The notes beneath the pieces are model-generated. The model searched no databases. It had not been told where the DNA came from and was given only the letters and a program-made list of their open reading frames with translations. The position numbers were made by a program, and so were the translations under genes. From a virus (Duplodnaviria; Caudoviricetes), in IMG/VR virus record IMGVR_UViG_2660238492_000006, positions 25,679-89,678 of that record: a DNA stretch of 64,000 nucleotides. One strand, given 5' to 3'. Below are positions 39,183 to 49,804 of the stretch, in pieces. Positions within the stretch are counted from its first letter, which is position 1; each line of letters opens with the position of its first letter.

Positions 39183-39773
39183 TTAAAGACCAAAAGCCTT
39201 ATATACATCCTGTTCAAGTTGTTTTGCCTTATTAGCTTCATTACTTGATGGAGTATGTTGATTATCTTTTAATCTCTTTTCAATTTCTGATTGTATAAAA
39301 GGTTTATTACCTTCAATATAAAGAGCTAAATTTGCTTTTGTAATTTCTTCATCTTCATTAACTAATAAATCAATTATTTTTGAATCAATTCCTTTATAAG
39401 ATTCATCACTCTTTATTCTTGATTTTTGATCACTTAATTTTCTTTGCTTTTCTGATTCATTAAGTCTTTGTTCCATTTCTTCAAGCTTTAGTTGCTCTGG
39501 AGTTTTACTTGGGTTTCTCTTTAATAATTCAGCTTCAACCATTTTATTTAAATTATTAGCCTTCCAAGTTTCTAATGCTTTTGTAAAATGTGTGTCCTTA
39601 ATAGAATCTAAATAAGATTTAAATTCTGTGTCATTTTCTTTTCCTTTAAATGCATCTAAAGTTAAGCCACTACTTAAAAGTGACTTTGCAAAATCACTTT
39701 GTGATAAGACTTCATCAACTGAGCCCTCATCCTCAATATTTTCAGTAAGTTTTAATAAATCTTTCTTAAACAT
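39183..39773 (-). CDS. Capsid scaffolding protein (DUF4355-like)
   Basis: Coiled-coil; KALETWK..N; upstream of the capsid gene. Confidence 0.85.
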   Translation of the reverse strand: MFKKDLLKLTENIEDEGSVDEVLSQSDFAKSLLSSGLTLDAFKGKENDTEFKSYLDSIKDTHFTKALETWKANNLNKMVEAELLKRNPSKTPEQLKLEEMEQRLNESEKQRKLSDQKSRIKSDESYKGIDSKIIDLLVNEDEEITKANLALYIEGNKPFIQSEIEKRLKDNQHTPSSNEANKAKQLEQDVYKAFGL

Positions 39774-39983
39774 ATTTCCTCCTTATCCCCTAGACCGTTT
39801 TAAACGCCCTAGAACATGTTTTATTTTTTAATATATAAGTTATCTACTTGTACACGAAACACGCCCACAAGCTTAAATTTGAGCATAAAAATAAGCCTTA
39901 TTGCTAAGACTTTAAATAATAAAATATAACAGTAATTATTACTGCTAATATAGAACCTATAATTAAATTAATAATACTTTGTA

Positions 39984-40349
39984 TTATTTTTCATTTCTTC
40001 CTAATACATTTCTTTCAATTCTATCTTCTACTCTTCTGTTCATCCACATTAAAGCTTCTTCGATATGAGTCAATGCACATGCATTTTCCCTACTGGAGAA
40101 TGGTCCGGCTTGGAATGACTTTAATCTATCTCTTACTATTTCTAATAAATCTTCATTTGTTGCACCATGTTGACTACCTTCTACATTTCTAGGACCTTTT
40201 TGAAATGTTATTACCTGTTCTTTGGGTACTTGTAATCCCTTATCAGACATTATTCCATATTCATGACTAGCTCCACCAGGACCTGCTTCATCACAGGCAA
40301 ATACTCTATTTAATTTTTCTCTCTTTTGGATTGTGTTTAATTCTTTCAT
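39984..40349 (-). CDS. tad1: Thoeris anti-defence protein Tad1 (cyclic-nucleotide sponge)
   Basis: [62 protein letters not shown]; closely matches C. botulinum prophage Tad1 as I recall it. Confidence 0.9.
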   Translation of the reverse strand: MKELNTIQKREKLNRVFACDEAGPGGASHEYGIMSDKGLQVPKEQVITFQKGPRNVEGSQHGATNEDLLEIVRDRLKSFQAGPFSSRENACALTHIEEALMWMNRRVEDRIERNVLGRNEK

Positions 40350-40362
40350 CTTTCAATTCCTC

Positions 40363-40464
40363 CTAAAATAAAATTTTAATTCCAACTGTAATTAAAAGTC
40401 CCATTATAGTTAAATAAGCAAACATCATTAATATAAAACCTATTTTAAAAACTTTTTCAAACAT
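40363..40464 (-). CDS. 33-aa single-TM peptide (not in the ORF track)
   Basis: MFEKVFKIGFILMMFAYLTIMGLLITVGIKILF; AAGGAGG RBS. Confidence 0.6.
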   Translation of the reverse strand: MFEKVFKIGFILMMFAYLTIMGLLITVGIKILF

Positions 40465-40492
40465 TAGAATCCTCCTTGTTAAAAATAAGTAA

Positions 40493-40633
40493 TTATCTAG
40501 GTCTATTCATTATTGTGTATAATTTCTTTTTTCTTCTTGAAAAACATATACACTTACCAAATAAATTAATTTGTAACCATGCTTCTGCATATTTTATTCC
40601 ATCTTCAATATAAGTTGTAATATAGTGATGCAT
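40493..40633 (-). CDS. 46-aa protein (not in the ORF track)
   Basis: MHHYITTYIEDGIKYAEAWLQINLFGKCICFSRR; AGGAGG RBS. Confidence 0.65.
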   Translation of the reverse strand: MHHYITTYIEDGIKYAEAWLQINLFGKCICFSRRKKKLYTIMNRPR

Positions 40634-40654
40634 AATATTTTCCTCCTATTAATT

Positions 40655-40999
40655 TTAAGTCGAGAACATTATATGAGATATTGGATCACATATCCTTTCT
40701 TTGCTAAAAGATTCAAGTTTTCCTGTAAATTCTTTCATAACTTCATCTATATCTACATGCACATTAGTATTAAAAGTTATATTAAAATCCTGTTCTTTAG
40801 TTGACTTATTGTTGTAATTATCATTATTAATAATTCTAACCTCTGCAACTTCTAATGGATTTATTATTGTATACTTATTTAAAACTACAAGATCATCATG
40901 ACTTAAATGTAATTGTACATAAACATCTTGTATATCTTTAGCTTTATCCATTTCTTGAATATAGGTATTTCCACTTTTCATTAATATTTGTACTTTCAT
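40655..40999 (-). CDS. Hypothetical protein
   Basis: ORF track; AAGGAGG RBS. Confidence 0.7.
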   Translation of the reverse strand: MKVQILMKSGNTYIQEMDKAKDIQDVYVQLHLSHDDLVVLNKYTIINPLEVAEVRIINNDNYNNKSTKEQDFNITFNTNVHVDIDEVMKEFTGKLESFSKERICDPISHIMFST

Positions 41000-41042
41000 A
41001 TCATCCCTCCTTAAATTTTTGCATAATAAAAGCGCCTACTAT

Positions 41043-41951
41043 TTAAGTAAGTGCTTCATGTTTTTCCTGCCATTCTTTATACGTTTGCCAAGATATATTT
41101 TGTTTTGTAATATTATCTATTCTCATTTTTGGTCGCCAATCAGCAACAGGAATATTGACATAGGTGCAATGGCAAAAACAATGTTGAGGTAAAAAAACAG
41201 GTTTCTTGTCTACTGGATAATCTTTGCCATCATATTGGCCACAATTGCCACAAGTGTTATGACATAAAGTAGCCATATAAAGAACTCTTTTTATGTTATG
41301 TTCTTCTCTCCAAATATCATTCATACCCTCTTGAACTCTAGCGACATTATCTTGTACTAATCTCTTAGTATTATATGCATTAGAGTTATACTTCTTCTTG
41401 ATTTTAGCTTCTATCTCATTAACAGATGTTTTACCATTAAGGAAATCTTCTATTTCTAGTTTTAAATCTTTTTGAAGGTCATTTTTATTATCCCATAGCC
41501 TATCACTCCATAGCTTATTATCCACTTTAGTATTAATTACACTATTTAGAGTTTCATCATCTACAGGCTTAATATCCCAACTAATATTCATTCCTATATC
41601 ATGTAGATAGTTGTTGGTGTTATATTTTTCTTTACCTATATATTTTAAAATTTCATTAGTTAAATTAGTTTCATTAATAAGTTCATCTTGAATCTTATCT
41701 TTAATAACCTTGCTTAACTTCTCTTTTAATTTCTTCTTTTCAATACTTCCAATAGATAATGAACTATCAGAAACATTATAAGATAATACTACTTTTCCTA
41801 TTTCTTTAAAAATATCATCTCTATTACTTAATTGCTGTTTAAAAGCTTCCTTTAATTGTTCATCAGCTTTATTATATAATTCTTCAGTAAACTCTAATTG
41901 CTTATCAATATAAAGTTGTTGTTCTTTAAGTTTCTTACTCATTTGCACCAA
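41043..41951 (-). CDS. Minor capsid/head morphogenesis protein (SPP1 gp7-like)
   Basis: WSDRLW, TC..C..DG, P.H..CHC. Confidence 0.88.
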   Translation of the reverse strand: MVQMSKKLKEQQLYIDKQLEFTEELYNKADEQLKEAFKQQLSNRDDIFKEIGKVVLSYNVSDSSLSIGSIEKKKLKEKLSKVIKDKIQDELINETNLTNEILKYIGKEKYNTNNYLHDIGMNISWDIKPVDDETLNSVINTKVDNKLWSDRLWDNKNDLQKDLKLEIEDFLNGKTSVNEIEAKIKKKYNSNAYNTKRLVQDNVARVQEGMNDIWREEHNIKRVLYMATLCHNTCGNCGQYDGKDYPVDKKPVFLPQHCFCHCTYVNIPVADWRPKMRIDNITKQNISWQTYKEWQEKHEALT

Positions 41952-43305
41952 CTACCTTATCTAAATCTAATTCATTTTTTAAATCTTCTTGTCGTTCTTT
42001 TTTAACTTTTTCACCTTCAGTAACTGGATTGCTAATACGAGGCAACCATGATCTTAAAGTTTCATTTGAAACAAGTCCTTGCGGAAGTTGAGAAATTATT
42101 TGAGCTATAGTTGCTTCATCAACCGGAACCTTAGGAGTATATTCTATATGAATTAATTTAGAATCATAATTATCACCTTTAATGGTCCATAAATATTTAA
42201 ATAAACATCTTAGCCTAGTTCTTATAATATTTGTCATAGCTTTTTCATTCATAGAGCATTTAGCTTCTAGATTTTGAAGTCTACTTCTAAGGGCCATCCC
42301 ACTAAGATTACTAACCATTTTTTCATTAGAGTCTATATGAGAAGTTAATGTATATATTAAATCTTTAACATCATCCCTGGTATTTTTTATAAAAGTATCA
42401 TTAATATTTTTAATCAACCATTCTGCATCTTCAACTTTCTTATCTCCAAAAAACAATACAGAATTACCTCTAATAACAGGCTGCTTTTGTTTAGGATTGC
42501 CATTATCATCTAAAACAACATTTCCATCCTGGTCTGTCTCATCTTCAGTTTCAATTCCATATAGTTTTAATATTGCATTTCTAAAATCACTTATTTCTGA
42601 CACCATATCACTTAAATTAGTTTCAAAAGCATCTTGTAAAGTCTTTATAGTCCTATAGATAGTCTTATCACCCTCTATATATCCATTCTTTTCAGTGTAA
42701 GCTTTTCCACCAACCTTACCAATTCCAACTGGTACTATTCCGAATGGATGTGATTTAGAGTTTTCAACCTCTACAAAATTAGAATCAAAATAATATGTCA
42801 TTTCATCAGTATAAACATCTATATATTCCTTATCATTAAACTGATTTGAGTGTATATGTAAGAAATATTTTAATTTATCACCTTTGAAATATGTGTAACC
42901 ATCTAATGGAGTGATTATTTTGTTTTTAAATTCTAAATTTTCATCTAAATAAGAAAGTTCATAACCTAGACCATACTTTATTAATTCTATTGCCAAATTC
43001 AAATCATGATCGGCCACATTATTTTTAAGATAATAATTTATATCTTTAGGTACTTGAGGATTATTATCTTTATAAGTATAAGTAATATTATTGCCAAAGC
43101 TATATTGTGCTTCTTCGTCTACTAATTTTTGTATGAAATTAGTAAATACTTTAAGATTACTTCTACCTTTCATAGGCTTAAATTTACTAAGACTATCGGT
43201 ATTTCCGTAATAGTAAGCATTTATTTTATCATAGTAATCATAATTGCTTTTATAATCTAGATAGCACCTTTTAATTATTTCTAATTCCTTATCATCCATA
43301 ATCAC
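41935..43305 (-). CDS. Portal protein, SPP1 gp6 family
   Basis: YYYG, NFIQKLVD, NLSGMALR, VSNET. Confidence 0.9.
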   Translation of the reverse strand: MIMDDKELEIIKRCYLDYKSNYDYYDKINAYYYGNTDSLSKFKPMKGRSNLKVFTNFIQKLVDEEAQYSFGNNITYTYKDNNPQVPKDINYYLKNNVADHDLNLAIELIKYGLGYELSYLDENLEFKNKIITPLDGYTYFKGDKLKYFLHIHSNQFNDKEYIDVYTDEMTYYFDSNFVEVENSKSHPFGIVPVGIGKVGGKAYTEKNGYIEGDKTIYRTIKTLQDAFETNLSDMVSEISDFRNAILKLYGIETEDETDQDGNVVLDDNGNPKQKQPVIRGNSVLFFGDKKVEDAEWLIKNINDTFIKNTRDDVKDLIYTLTSHIDSNEKMVSNLSGMALRSRLQNLEAKCSMNEKAMTNIIRTRLRCLFKYLWTIKGDNYDSKLIHIEYTPKVPVDEATIAQIISQLPQGLVSNETLRSWLPRISNPVTEGEKVKKERQEDLKNELDLDKVVGANE

Positions 43306-43313
43306 AAACCTCC

Positions 43314-45104
43314 TTATCCATAGATTTCATCAATTGAGCCAATTTTTAATTTTCTTCTTACTTTAATAGTCTTTATCTTATTTTCAAGTTCTGCTAAATT
43401 ATCAGGTGCATCATCATGAACTGAATATAATTGACCTTGAAATCCTTCTATCTCTTCTATAGCCTCTTTACTATCTTCACAATCAGATACAATAATAATT
43501 TGACCATTATTAACAGCATCAACTATTGTACTAATCTTTTCATCTTTATTTTTCTTCTGCATTTCATTAATCCACTCATATTTTTTACCTTTAAGTATTT
43601 CACTTACAGCAATTAATTCTTTAATTTTAATTACATCAGCGCCTTGATAAGTGTTTTTTTCAACATTAATATGAGTAGCATCTAAATTTCTTTCAAGCAC
43701 TTCAACAACTTTCTCACAATATTGATTAAATGTCATTTTTCTATGCACTATATCTCTTATATAAGTAAAATCATTAGTTGCTTTACTACCAACCATAATA
43801 TTTGTGCTATCTGATTTTTTATTAGTAGTACTTGCTGGATCCACACTAAGCATAGTCTTAGTAAAATCATGCCGCTCAATTTCTTCTTTAGTTTGAGTTC
43901 TAACACTCTTAAACCACTTTTCTCCTATGGAACTTGCATCATTCATAAGCTCGCTCATAAAAGCAACTCTATTTTCCCAATACTTAACAGCCAAATCATT
44001 AAAACAATCCCATTTCTCAGGCCACCATACTTGAAATTGCATTTCTTCTTTGTGGTCCTCATAGAATTGCTTTGCTTTAGCTTTTCTTTCATCTTTATTA
44101 AGCTTTTCATCAAAATAAATATCATGGCATTGTAACCATAAACCCGGTTTAAATTCATCTTCAACGGTTTCTCCATATTCAAAAATATCCTCTACGGTTT
44201 GCCCTGGCTCTAATATTATTGCACGCCTTAAAATAGTAAAATAATCATTATTTCTACTCAATCGGCTCATAAGACAATCAATATGAAGCACAGTACCAAT
44301 TGCTATTACTTTAGTAGCAGATTTTATCTTTTTACCATTTCTAAATACAGCTTTATCTCCAACTTCTTCAATTTCCTTGGTCCATTTAGAATACTGTTTA
44401 TCCCTTGCAGCATCAGTTAAAATATTTTTTTCATCCTGAAAGTCATCACCAATAAATACAGTAGGTCTTATTCCCCCCCAGTTAGCACCTCTGACAGAAG
44501 TTCCAGAACCCACAGTTTTAATATAAGTTCCATTAGTAAACTCAACTTCATTTGCATTAACAGTAAATTTTTTAGCATTTATTAATTTACCAAAGCATTT
44601 AATTATTTTTTTATTCTCATTAAATACTTTCTTAATAGAATCAAGGAACTGAGTTGCATCAGTATCAGTTTTAGCACCTAATAAAGTAAATAAAGATTTC
44701 TTATAGCAATGTAGCCAAACAGATACTACCATATTAAAGATAGTTGTCTTAGCAAATCCTCTAGGTTCAATAATAGCAGCCTTATCATGCTTATCTTTTA
44801 TAAATATATCATTTGCTATATCCCAAAGCTCGTAATGTCCTTTAGATAGTTGTCTAGCTACATTAGAATCTTTTACAACAAAAGTATCGCTCATAAAATA
44901 CAGACAGAAAAATTCAATATCTATTTCACCTAATGCTCTTGCAAGTTCATCTAAATCACTATTATTAGCTTCTAAGAGTGCTTTAGATGTTTTACTATTA
45001 TAATGTTTAGTGAGGTACTTGTTTAACAGATATACCTCATATTTAAGCTCTGTATCAAATTTTAAATTGTCAAAGTATATCATGTTATTCCTCCTTTTAG
45101 GCAA
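43314..45104 (-). CDS. terL: Terminase large subunit
   Basis: PRGFAKT, FIGDD, IGT, SVDPA, HDDAPD. Confidence 0.93.
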   Translation of the reverse strand: MPKRRNNMIYFDNLKFDTELKYEVYLLNKYLTKHYNSKTSKALLEANNSDLDELARALGEIDIEFFCLYFMSDTFVVKDSNVARQLSKGHYELWDIANDIFIKDKHDKAAIIEPRGFAKTTIFNMVVSVWLHCYKKSLFTLLGAKTDTDATQFLDSIKKVFNENKKIIKCFGKLINAKKFTVNANEVEFTNGTYIKTVGSGTSVRGANWGGIRPTVFIGDDFQDEKNILTDAARDKQYSKWTKEIEEVGDKAVFRNGKKIKSATKVIAIGTVLHIDCLMSRLSRNNDYFTILRRAIILEPGQTVEDIFEYGETVEDEFKPGLWLQCHDIYFDEKLNKDERKAKAKQFYEDHKEEMQFQVWWPEKWDCFNDLAVKYWENRVAFMSELMNDASSIGEKWFKSVRTQTKEEIERHDFTKTMLSVDPASTTNKKSDSTNIMVGSKATNDFTYIRDIVHRKMTFNQYCEKVVEVLERNLDATHINVEKNTYQGADVIKIKELIAVSEILKGKKYEWINEMQKKNKDEKISTIVDAVNNGQIIIVSDCEDSKEAIEEIEGFQGQLYSVHDDAPDNLAELENKIKTIKVRRKLKIGSIDEIYG

Positions 45105-45114
45105 AATAAAAAGA

Positions 45115-45675
45115 CTAGCTTTTGCTAATCATTAATTCTTTTTCATTACAATACACCCACTGTAATGGTGTGCCATCTGCAAGAGTTCCACAATATTTAG
45201 CTATACCAATAGCGCAATGAGATATATTACTTTTGGCTTTTATTCCATAATATCTAGCTGCTTCACTAATTGAATTGAACTTTTTTCCTGTTGTAGAACA
45301 TATAATTTTCTTTTTCCCATTTCCAGAGTTATTTTGTCTATACTTTCTTATTTTGTTGTTATGATTTCCATGGTTTATATTTTCTTTTGAACTAGTCCAT
45401 TCTAAATTGCTAAATCTATTGTCATCTTTAATTTCATTTATATGGTTAACTTGTAATGTATCCATATTATCTACTGGATTAAAGTTTTCTAATACTAATC
45501 TGTGTATTGTATATGTATATCTCTTACTGTTTTTGCTTAAATTTATCTTTACATATCCATGAGGATTATGTCTACTTTTCCTTATAGTGTTAGTTGAAAT
45601 ACTTAAAACTCTACCATAATTAGATATTTTATATATTCCTTCAAATCCGCTTATATCTTTCCATTCTTCTAACAT
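45115..45675 (-). CDS. NUMOD4-HNH homing endonuclease
   Basis: EEWKDI.GFEG.Y.ISNYGRV; HRLV..VNHI..K.DNR..NLEW..EN; C-terminal FNSISEAA. Confidence 0.93.
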   Translation of the reverse strand: MLEEWKDISGFEGIYKISNYGRVLSISTNTIRKSRHNPHGYVKINLSKNSKRYTYTIHRLVLENFNPVDNMDTLQVNHINEIKDDNRFSNLEWTSSKENINHGNHNNKIRKYRQNNSGNGKKKIICSTTGKKFNSISEAARYYGIKAKSNISHCAIGIAKYCGTLADGTPLQWVYCNEKELMISKS

Positions 45676-46147
45676 CCAATTCTATCCCTTCTATATAAAA
45701 TTAAACAATAAAAAAGATAGGTTGGAATCTTTTTATTCCAAATCCTATCTTATAAAAAAGTCTTTTTTAATTATCATTAGTCATCTCCAAGCTTAAAAAT
45801 TACTACAAAATTTTATAGAGGTTAGTGACGCCTTTTTAAGCAATTTATATTTAGAATGGCACCCTACCCCATCAATAATGTGCTATAATATCAATATCAA
45901 TCAATTAAAATGCTAGGAAATAATATTTTATATTTATACACAAAACAATGCATGTTATATTATTTATGCACTAATTATTCACATGTTTTATACATTTCTT
46001 TATGCAAAATACTTATGATCACTGTAACCCAAGTATTTAAGCCATTCTTTAATTTTTAAGATTATACATTTATTTCGGGAAACGGTGATTTTACGAAATA
46101 GTTTTAAGCATTTTACGAAATTCTTTATTATCACCTTGGGAAATAAT

Positions 46148-46573
46148 CTATTTAGCTTTATCTTTAGGCAACTCAATAACATTATCCTTTTGTACTTGCT
46201 CTAGCATATCAGTTATGCTTACTTTTTCTTTAATATTATCACCTGTACTAGATTGCTCTATCTTTGTTGTAGGCTTGCCATAAACAGTTTCCCATAAAAA
46301 TGTTAATGCATTAAGCTTAACGTTGTCTGATGGACTATTAAAGGCAATCTCTTCGATTTTATCAAGGTATGTGTCTGTTTTACCTATTATTTTGTTTTGA
46401 GCTGCATTTTTTATCTCTTGTCTGCATTTGTCAAGCTCTACCTTAAATATCTTATCTTCTAACCAATTATAAATTGATTGTCTATTGCAAGGAACCATTT
46501 CAGCTATTTCAGTATACTTATAGCCTTTTATTAATAATTCAATGCACTTATAATGTTTCTCTGATAGCTGCAT
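46148..46573 (-). CDS. HTH protein, probable terminase small subunit
   Basis: TEIAEMV.CNRQSIYNW; upstream of terL. Confidence 0.75.
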   Translation of the reverse strand: MQLSEKHYKCIELLIKGYKYTEIAEMVPCNRQSIYNWLEDKIFKVELDKCRQEIKNAAQNKIIGKTDTYLDKIEEIAFNSPSDNVKLNALTFLWETVYGKPTTKIEQSSTGDNIKEKVSITDMLEQVQKDNVIELPKDKAK

Positions 46574-46939
46574 ATAATCACCTCACTTTCTTCTATACAC
46601 ATTAGACAGTATTTTGTTATGTGTATAAGTAGTTTATATGTATTTCTGCTTATCTATTAGATTCATAGACAAACTTTAAATACTTTCTAATATAATTAAT
46701 CATCTAATTTAATACCTTCTTATATAAGCTAATAAGCATATTAAAAAGACACCTATAAATTAATATAGATGTCTTAAATATAAGAGGGGCATTTGATTTA
46801 TCTTTAGTACCTGTAGAAAGTGGTTAATTAATTCTTTCTACAATACCATTATATTACCTGTAAAGCCTTGAAAACAGTAATGTTACAATAAAATAATAAT
46901 ATTATAATAATAAGATAATAAAGCTATAATAATAATTAA

Positions 46940-47380
46940 TTAAAGAATATAATCTGATAGCTTACCTATTACTTTCTTTCTTACCTTAATACAATTATCT
47001 ACTGATTGATTTAAGTCTTGTGCAATACTTGTCCAGCTTCTAGTTGGTTTACTAAAATATCTAAGTTCAACAAGTTTTCTTTCATCATCTTCTAATAGAT
47101 CTAAAGTTGTAGTTATTAATTCTTTTTCTATAATCCCTCTTTCTTTATCTTTTTTAAGTTGTTCTATCTTATCTCTAATATGTTCATCACGTTTAATTAC
47201 TTCACTTTCTACACTAGAATGAAAAGCATTAGTTGGAGAACTCTTTTCTTCATAACTTATCGCTTTAATAGATACATCATTTAGAAGTTGCTTTATTTTT
47301 ATATCTGCTAATTGATTAAGCTTATCTATATCTTTAAATTTATATAAATGATATTCTGTTTTCTTAAATCTATCTTCCAT
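46940..47380 (-). CDS. ArpU/RinA-family late transcriptional activator
   Basis: ERKLVELRYF..W..IA..L. Confidence 0.85.
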   Translation of the reverse strand: MEDRFKKTEYHLYKFKDIDKLNQLADIKIKQLLNDVSIKAISYEEKSSPTNAFHSSVESEVIKRDEHIRDKIEQLKKDKERGIIEKELITTTLDLLEDDERKLVELRYFSKPTRSWTSIAQDLNQSVDNCIKVRKKVIGKLSDYIL

Positions 47381-47576
47381 TTCTTACCTCCTGAATCTTT
47401 TGTATATCTATAAGTAAATCTTTCTTTTCTGATTTTAATCTATTAACTGTATTCCAATCTTTTCTTTTTACTGCTTTTTTAATCTGTAAATCTATTTCTT
47501 TTAATCTATCTTTCTTAATTTCTAATGCATCAAATTTCAATAAATTCACCTCTTTTTTATTCTGTAACAAAAACAA
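47370..47576 (-). CDS. Small coiled-coil protein
   Basis: ORF track; true start probably after the internal GAGGTG. Confidence 0.55.
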   Translation of the reverse strand: MFLLQNKKEVNLLKFDALEIKKDRLKEIDLQIKKAVKRKDWNTVNRLKSEKKDLLIDIQKIQEVRNGR

Positions 47577-47940
47577 GTATATTTTGTAACAAAACTAAAA
47601 TGCACTTTGTTACAGCTACAACCATTGATATTACTAGCTTTAAGCTACTTTGTAACAATGTAACAAAAAAATAAAACTTATGTGCGTAACTCTATATAAT
47701 ATAGAGAATATATATTTTTCTTATATTATATATATTATATTTATATTATTGTTACAAATTATATTATATATATAAAGAAAGGCATAACCATGCGGGTTTG
47801 AAGGTGTAACAAAAGTTGTACCGAAAATATTTTTACAGTATTTAACAATTATCTTCGAAACGTTGGTATGACTTACTTAGAGCCTGTAACAAAAGCACTC
47901 TAAGTTTTGTTACACTTTTGTTACACGTTTGTGACAGGGA
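47560..47940. repeat. Array of TGTAACAA/TTGTTACA repeats around an AT-rich core (putative lytic origin)
   Basis: About 10 copies in both orientations flanking the nearly pure A/T stretch at 47690-47775. Confidence 0.7.
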
Positions 47941-47961
47941 TATTTGCTTCTTACTGGAGGT

Positions 47962-48234
47962 TTAATTTTGATTTGCTTCTTTTGAGAGTTCTATAATAGT
48001 CATAATTGAATAGTTTGCTAAATCTTTAAGCGTATCTTCAATAGATTCATCTTTTACTTGCTGTTCTGAACCTTTAGCAAGTGATTTAAGTCTATTTAAC
48101 TTGTCCTCTAATCTTATGCAAGCCATCATTAGACCATATTCTTGATAAGACTTTCCAAAACTATCTCCGTAGTCTTTGTTTTTAGCTTCATAGAGCTTGT
48201 TTAAATCTTGACATATACTTTTATGTCTTTGCAA
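47962..48234 (-). CDS. DUF1599 / nucleotide-modification-associated protein
   Basis: KNKDYGDSF..RLEDKLNR..EDTL.DLANY. Confidence 0.85.
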   Translation of the reverse strand: MQRHKSICQDLNKLYEAKNKDYGDSFGKSYQEYGLMMACIRLEDKLNRLKSLAKGSEQQVKDESIEDTLKDLANYSIMTIIELSKEANQN

Positions 48235-48235
48235 T

Positions 48236-48685
48236 TTATTTATTGTCTATGACCTCCTTATTGGTAATTTGACAGGCTACTTTCCAATAGGCTTGGAGTA
48301 AATCATGTCCTAAATTACTGTAATCAATATCTTCATCAACTACTAAAATATATCCTTCATTAATGTAATGTATTATATCGACTTTTTTATTTATTTTATG
48401 CTCTATAAAATTTCTAAGTTGTCCTTCTGTTAGCAGCGGAAAATCACCAATATAATCTAATACAAATTGTTTTACTTCTTCTGGATCATTAATATTAATA
48501 TCCTCTGACTCCTTTATATCTATCAACCATTCATAATCTATACAGCCTACTTTGTTAAATGACATATTATGAATATAGACTACTTTGTTTACTAAATCGC
48601 CTTTTGATGGTTTCCACCACTCTAAAAATACATTTTGCACCTCTACTGGTTGCTTTAAAAATTCTTCTGCACTTATATATTCCAT
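48236..48685 (-). CDS. Hypothetical phage protein
   Basis: ORF track; AGGAGG RBS. Confidence 0.75.
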   Translation of the reverse strand: MEYISAEEFLKQPVEVQNVFLEWWKPSKGDLVNKVVYIHNMSFNKVGCIDYEWLIDIKESEDININDPEEVKQFVLDYIGDFPLLTEGQLRNFIEHKINKKVDIIHYINEGYILVVDEDIDYSNLGHDLLQAYWKVACQITNKEVIDNK

Positions 48686-48787
48686 TAACTAATCCTCCTC
48701 ATTTAATTGTTTTATATAATCTTCTATCTCTTTTTTACTTCCAGTAAACTAATTTATGATAAAATCATCTAAGGAAGGTGATACAAT

Positions 48788-49228
48788 ATGGAAAACAATA
48801 CAATCAATATCTTTTCTTCAATTTCTTCAATTTCTTCAATAATAACAGCTATTACTCCATTAATTATTGCTGTTATAGGTATAATTGCTCCGATTTTTGT
48901 TGCAAAATCTAATAATCAAACACAATTAAAGATAAAAAACTTTGATATGTGTTACAGAGAAAAATCTGATGTTTATCAACGTTATATCAATTCACTAAAG
49001 CTTTTAGATGAATGGGAATCTATTGATAACATGGATGACTACCCTTGTGAAGAATATCAAGAAATTCACAACTTAGCATATCTAATTGGCAATGATGAAA
49101 TACGGCTTTTACTTGATAAAGTAAGCTCCAACTTTGGCAATGCTTGTATGAATATTAATGAATATCAAAACTTTAAAAAACAAATTATAAAATCAATGAG
49201 CAATGATCTTCAACAATATCGTAAATAA
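48788..49228 (+). CDS. Membrane-anchored accessory protein on the opposite strand
   Basis: N-terminal TM segment; AGGAAGGTGA RBS; downstream hairpin. Confidence 0.75.
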   Translation: MENNTINIFSSISSISSIITAITPLIIAVIGIIAPIFVAKSNNQTQLKIKNFDMCYREKSDVYQRYINSLKLLDEWESIDNMDDYPCEEYQEIHNLAYLIGNDEIRLLLDKVSSNFGNACMNINEYQNFKKQIIKSMSNDLQQYRK

Positions 49229-49519
49229 GCAACTAGTGCACTTTACTATTAAGTGCATTTTTGTTTTCTTCACCTTTTTGTAGTATGGTGAACCATTTAA
49301 TTCTTTACTATTTTCAAAAAAGAATTACATGCTAACTGATTCATGCTTGGTTTTAAACCCTTCAACTCTTTCGGGCAACTTTGCTTCATCCATTTATCAC
49401 AATGTCTGCATCTATCTAACTCAGTCATTTACATCCCTCTCTTCCTTTCATTCTTACTATTCATTTACTACACCCTTTTACAAAAACACATATTTTCTAC
49501 ATTTTATAAATTATTAGTA

Positions 49520-49771
49520 TTACGAACTTATAACCTCTAATGTTTCTTTTTCTTTTTTATTGTCGTATTTCCCATAAGTTTCTAACAATGAACCCCCTAA
49601 CATAAAGCCTTCTTTTTTTTCATCTTCATCATATCCCCATACTACAGTACGAATACTTTCATAACTTATTTTGGAACATCTGTAATAAACATATTTAACT
49701 GTGTCTCCTATATATATTTTCTTATTATTTATATCTTTAACACCTGTATATATTTTCTCTATTTTTATCAC
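49520..49771 (-). CDS. YopX-like protein
   Basis: YTGVKD.N.KKIY.GD.V...LEVI. Confidence 0.7.
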   Translation of the reverse strand: MIKIEKIYTGVKDINNKKIYIGDTVKYVYYRCSKISYESIRTVVWGYDEDEKKEGFMLGGSLLETYGKYDNKKEKETLEVISS

Positions 49772-49804
49772 CCCGATTGTTCATTTAATTTACATATTGT
49801 GTAC

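Noticed and set aside
45115-45675. Group I intron or intein in the terminase
   Set aside because: terL is intact from its N-terminus and the HNH gene lies wholly upstream; no intron core elements recognised
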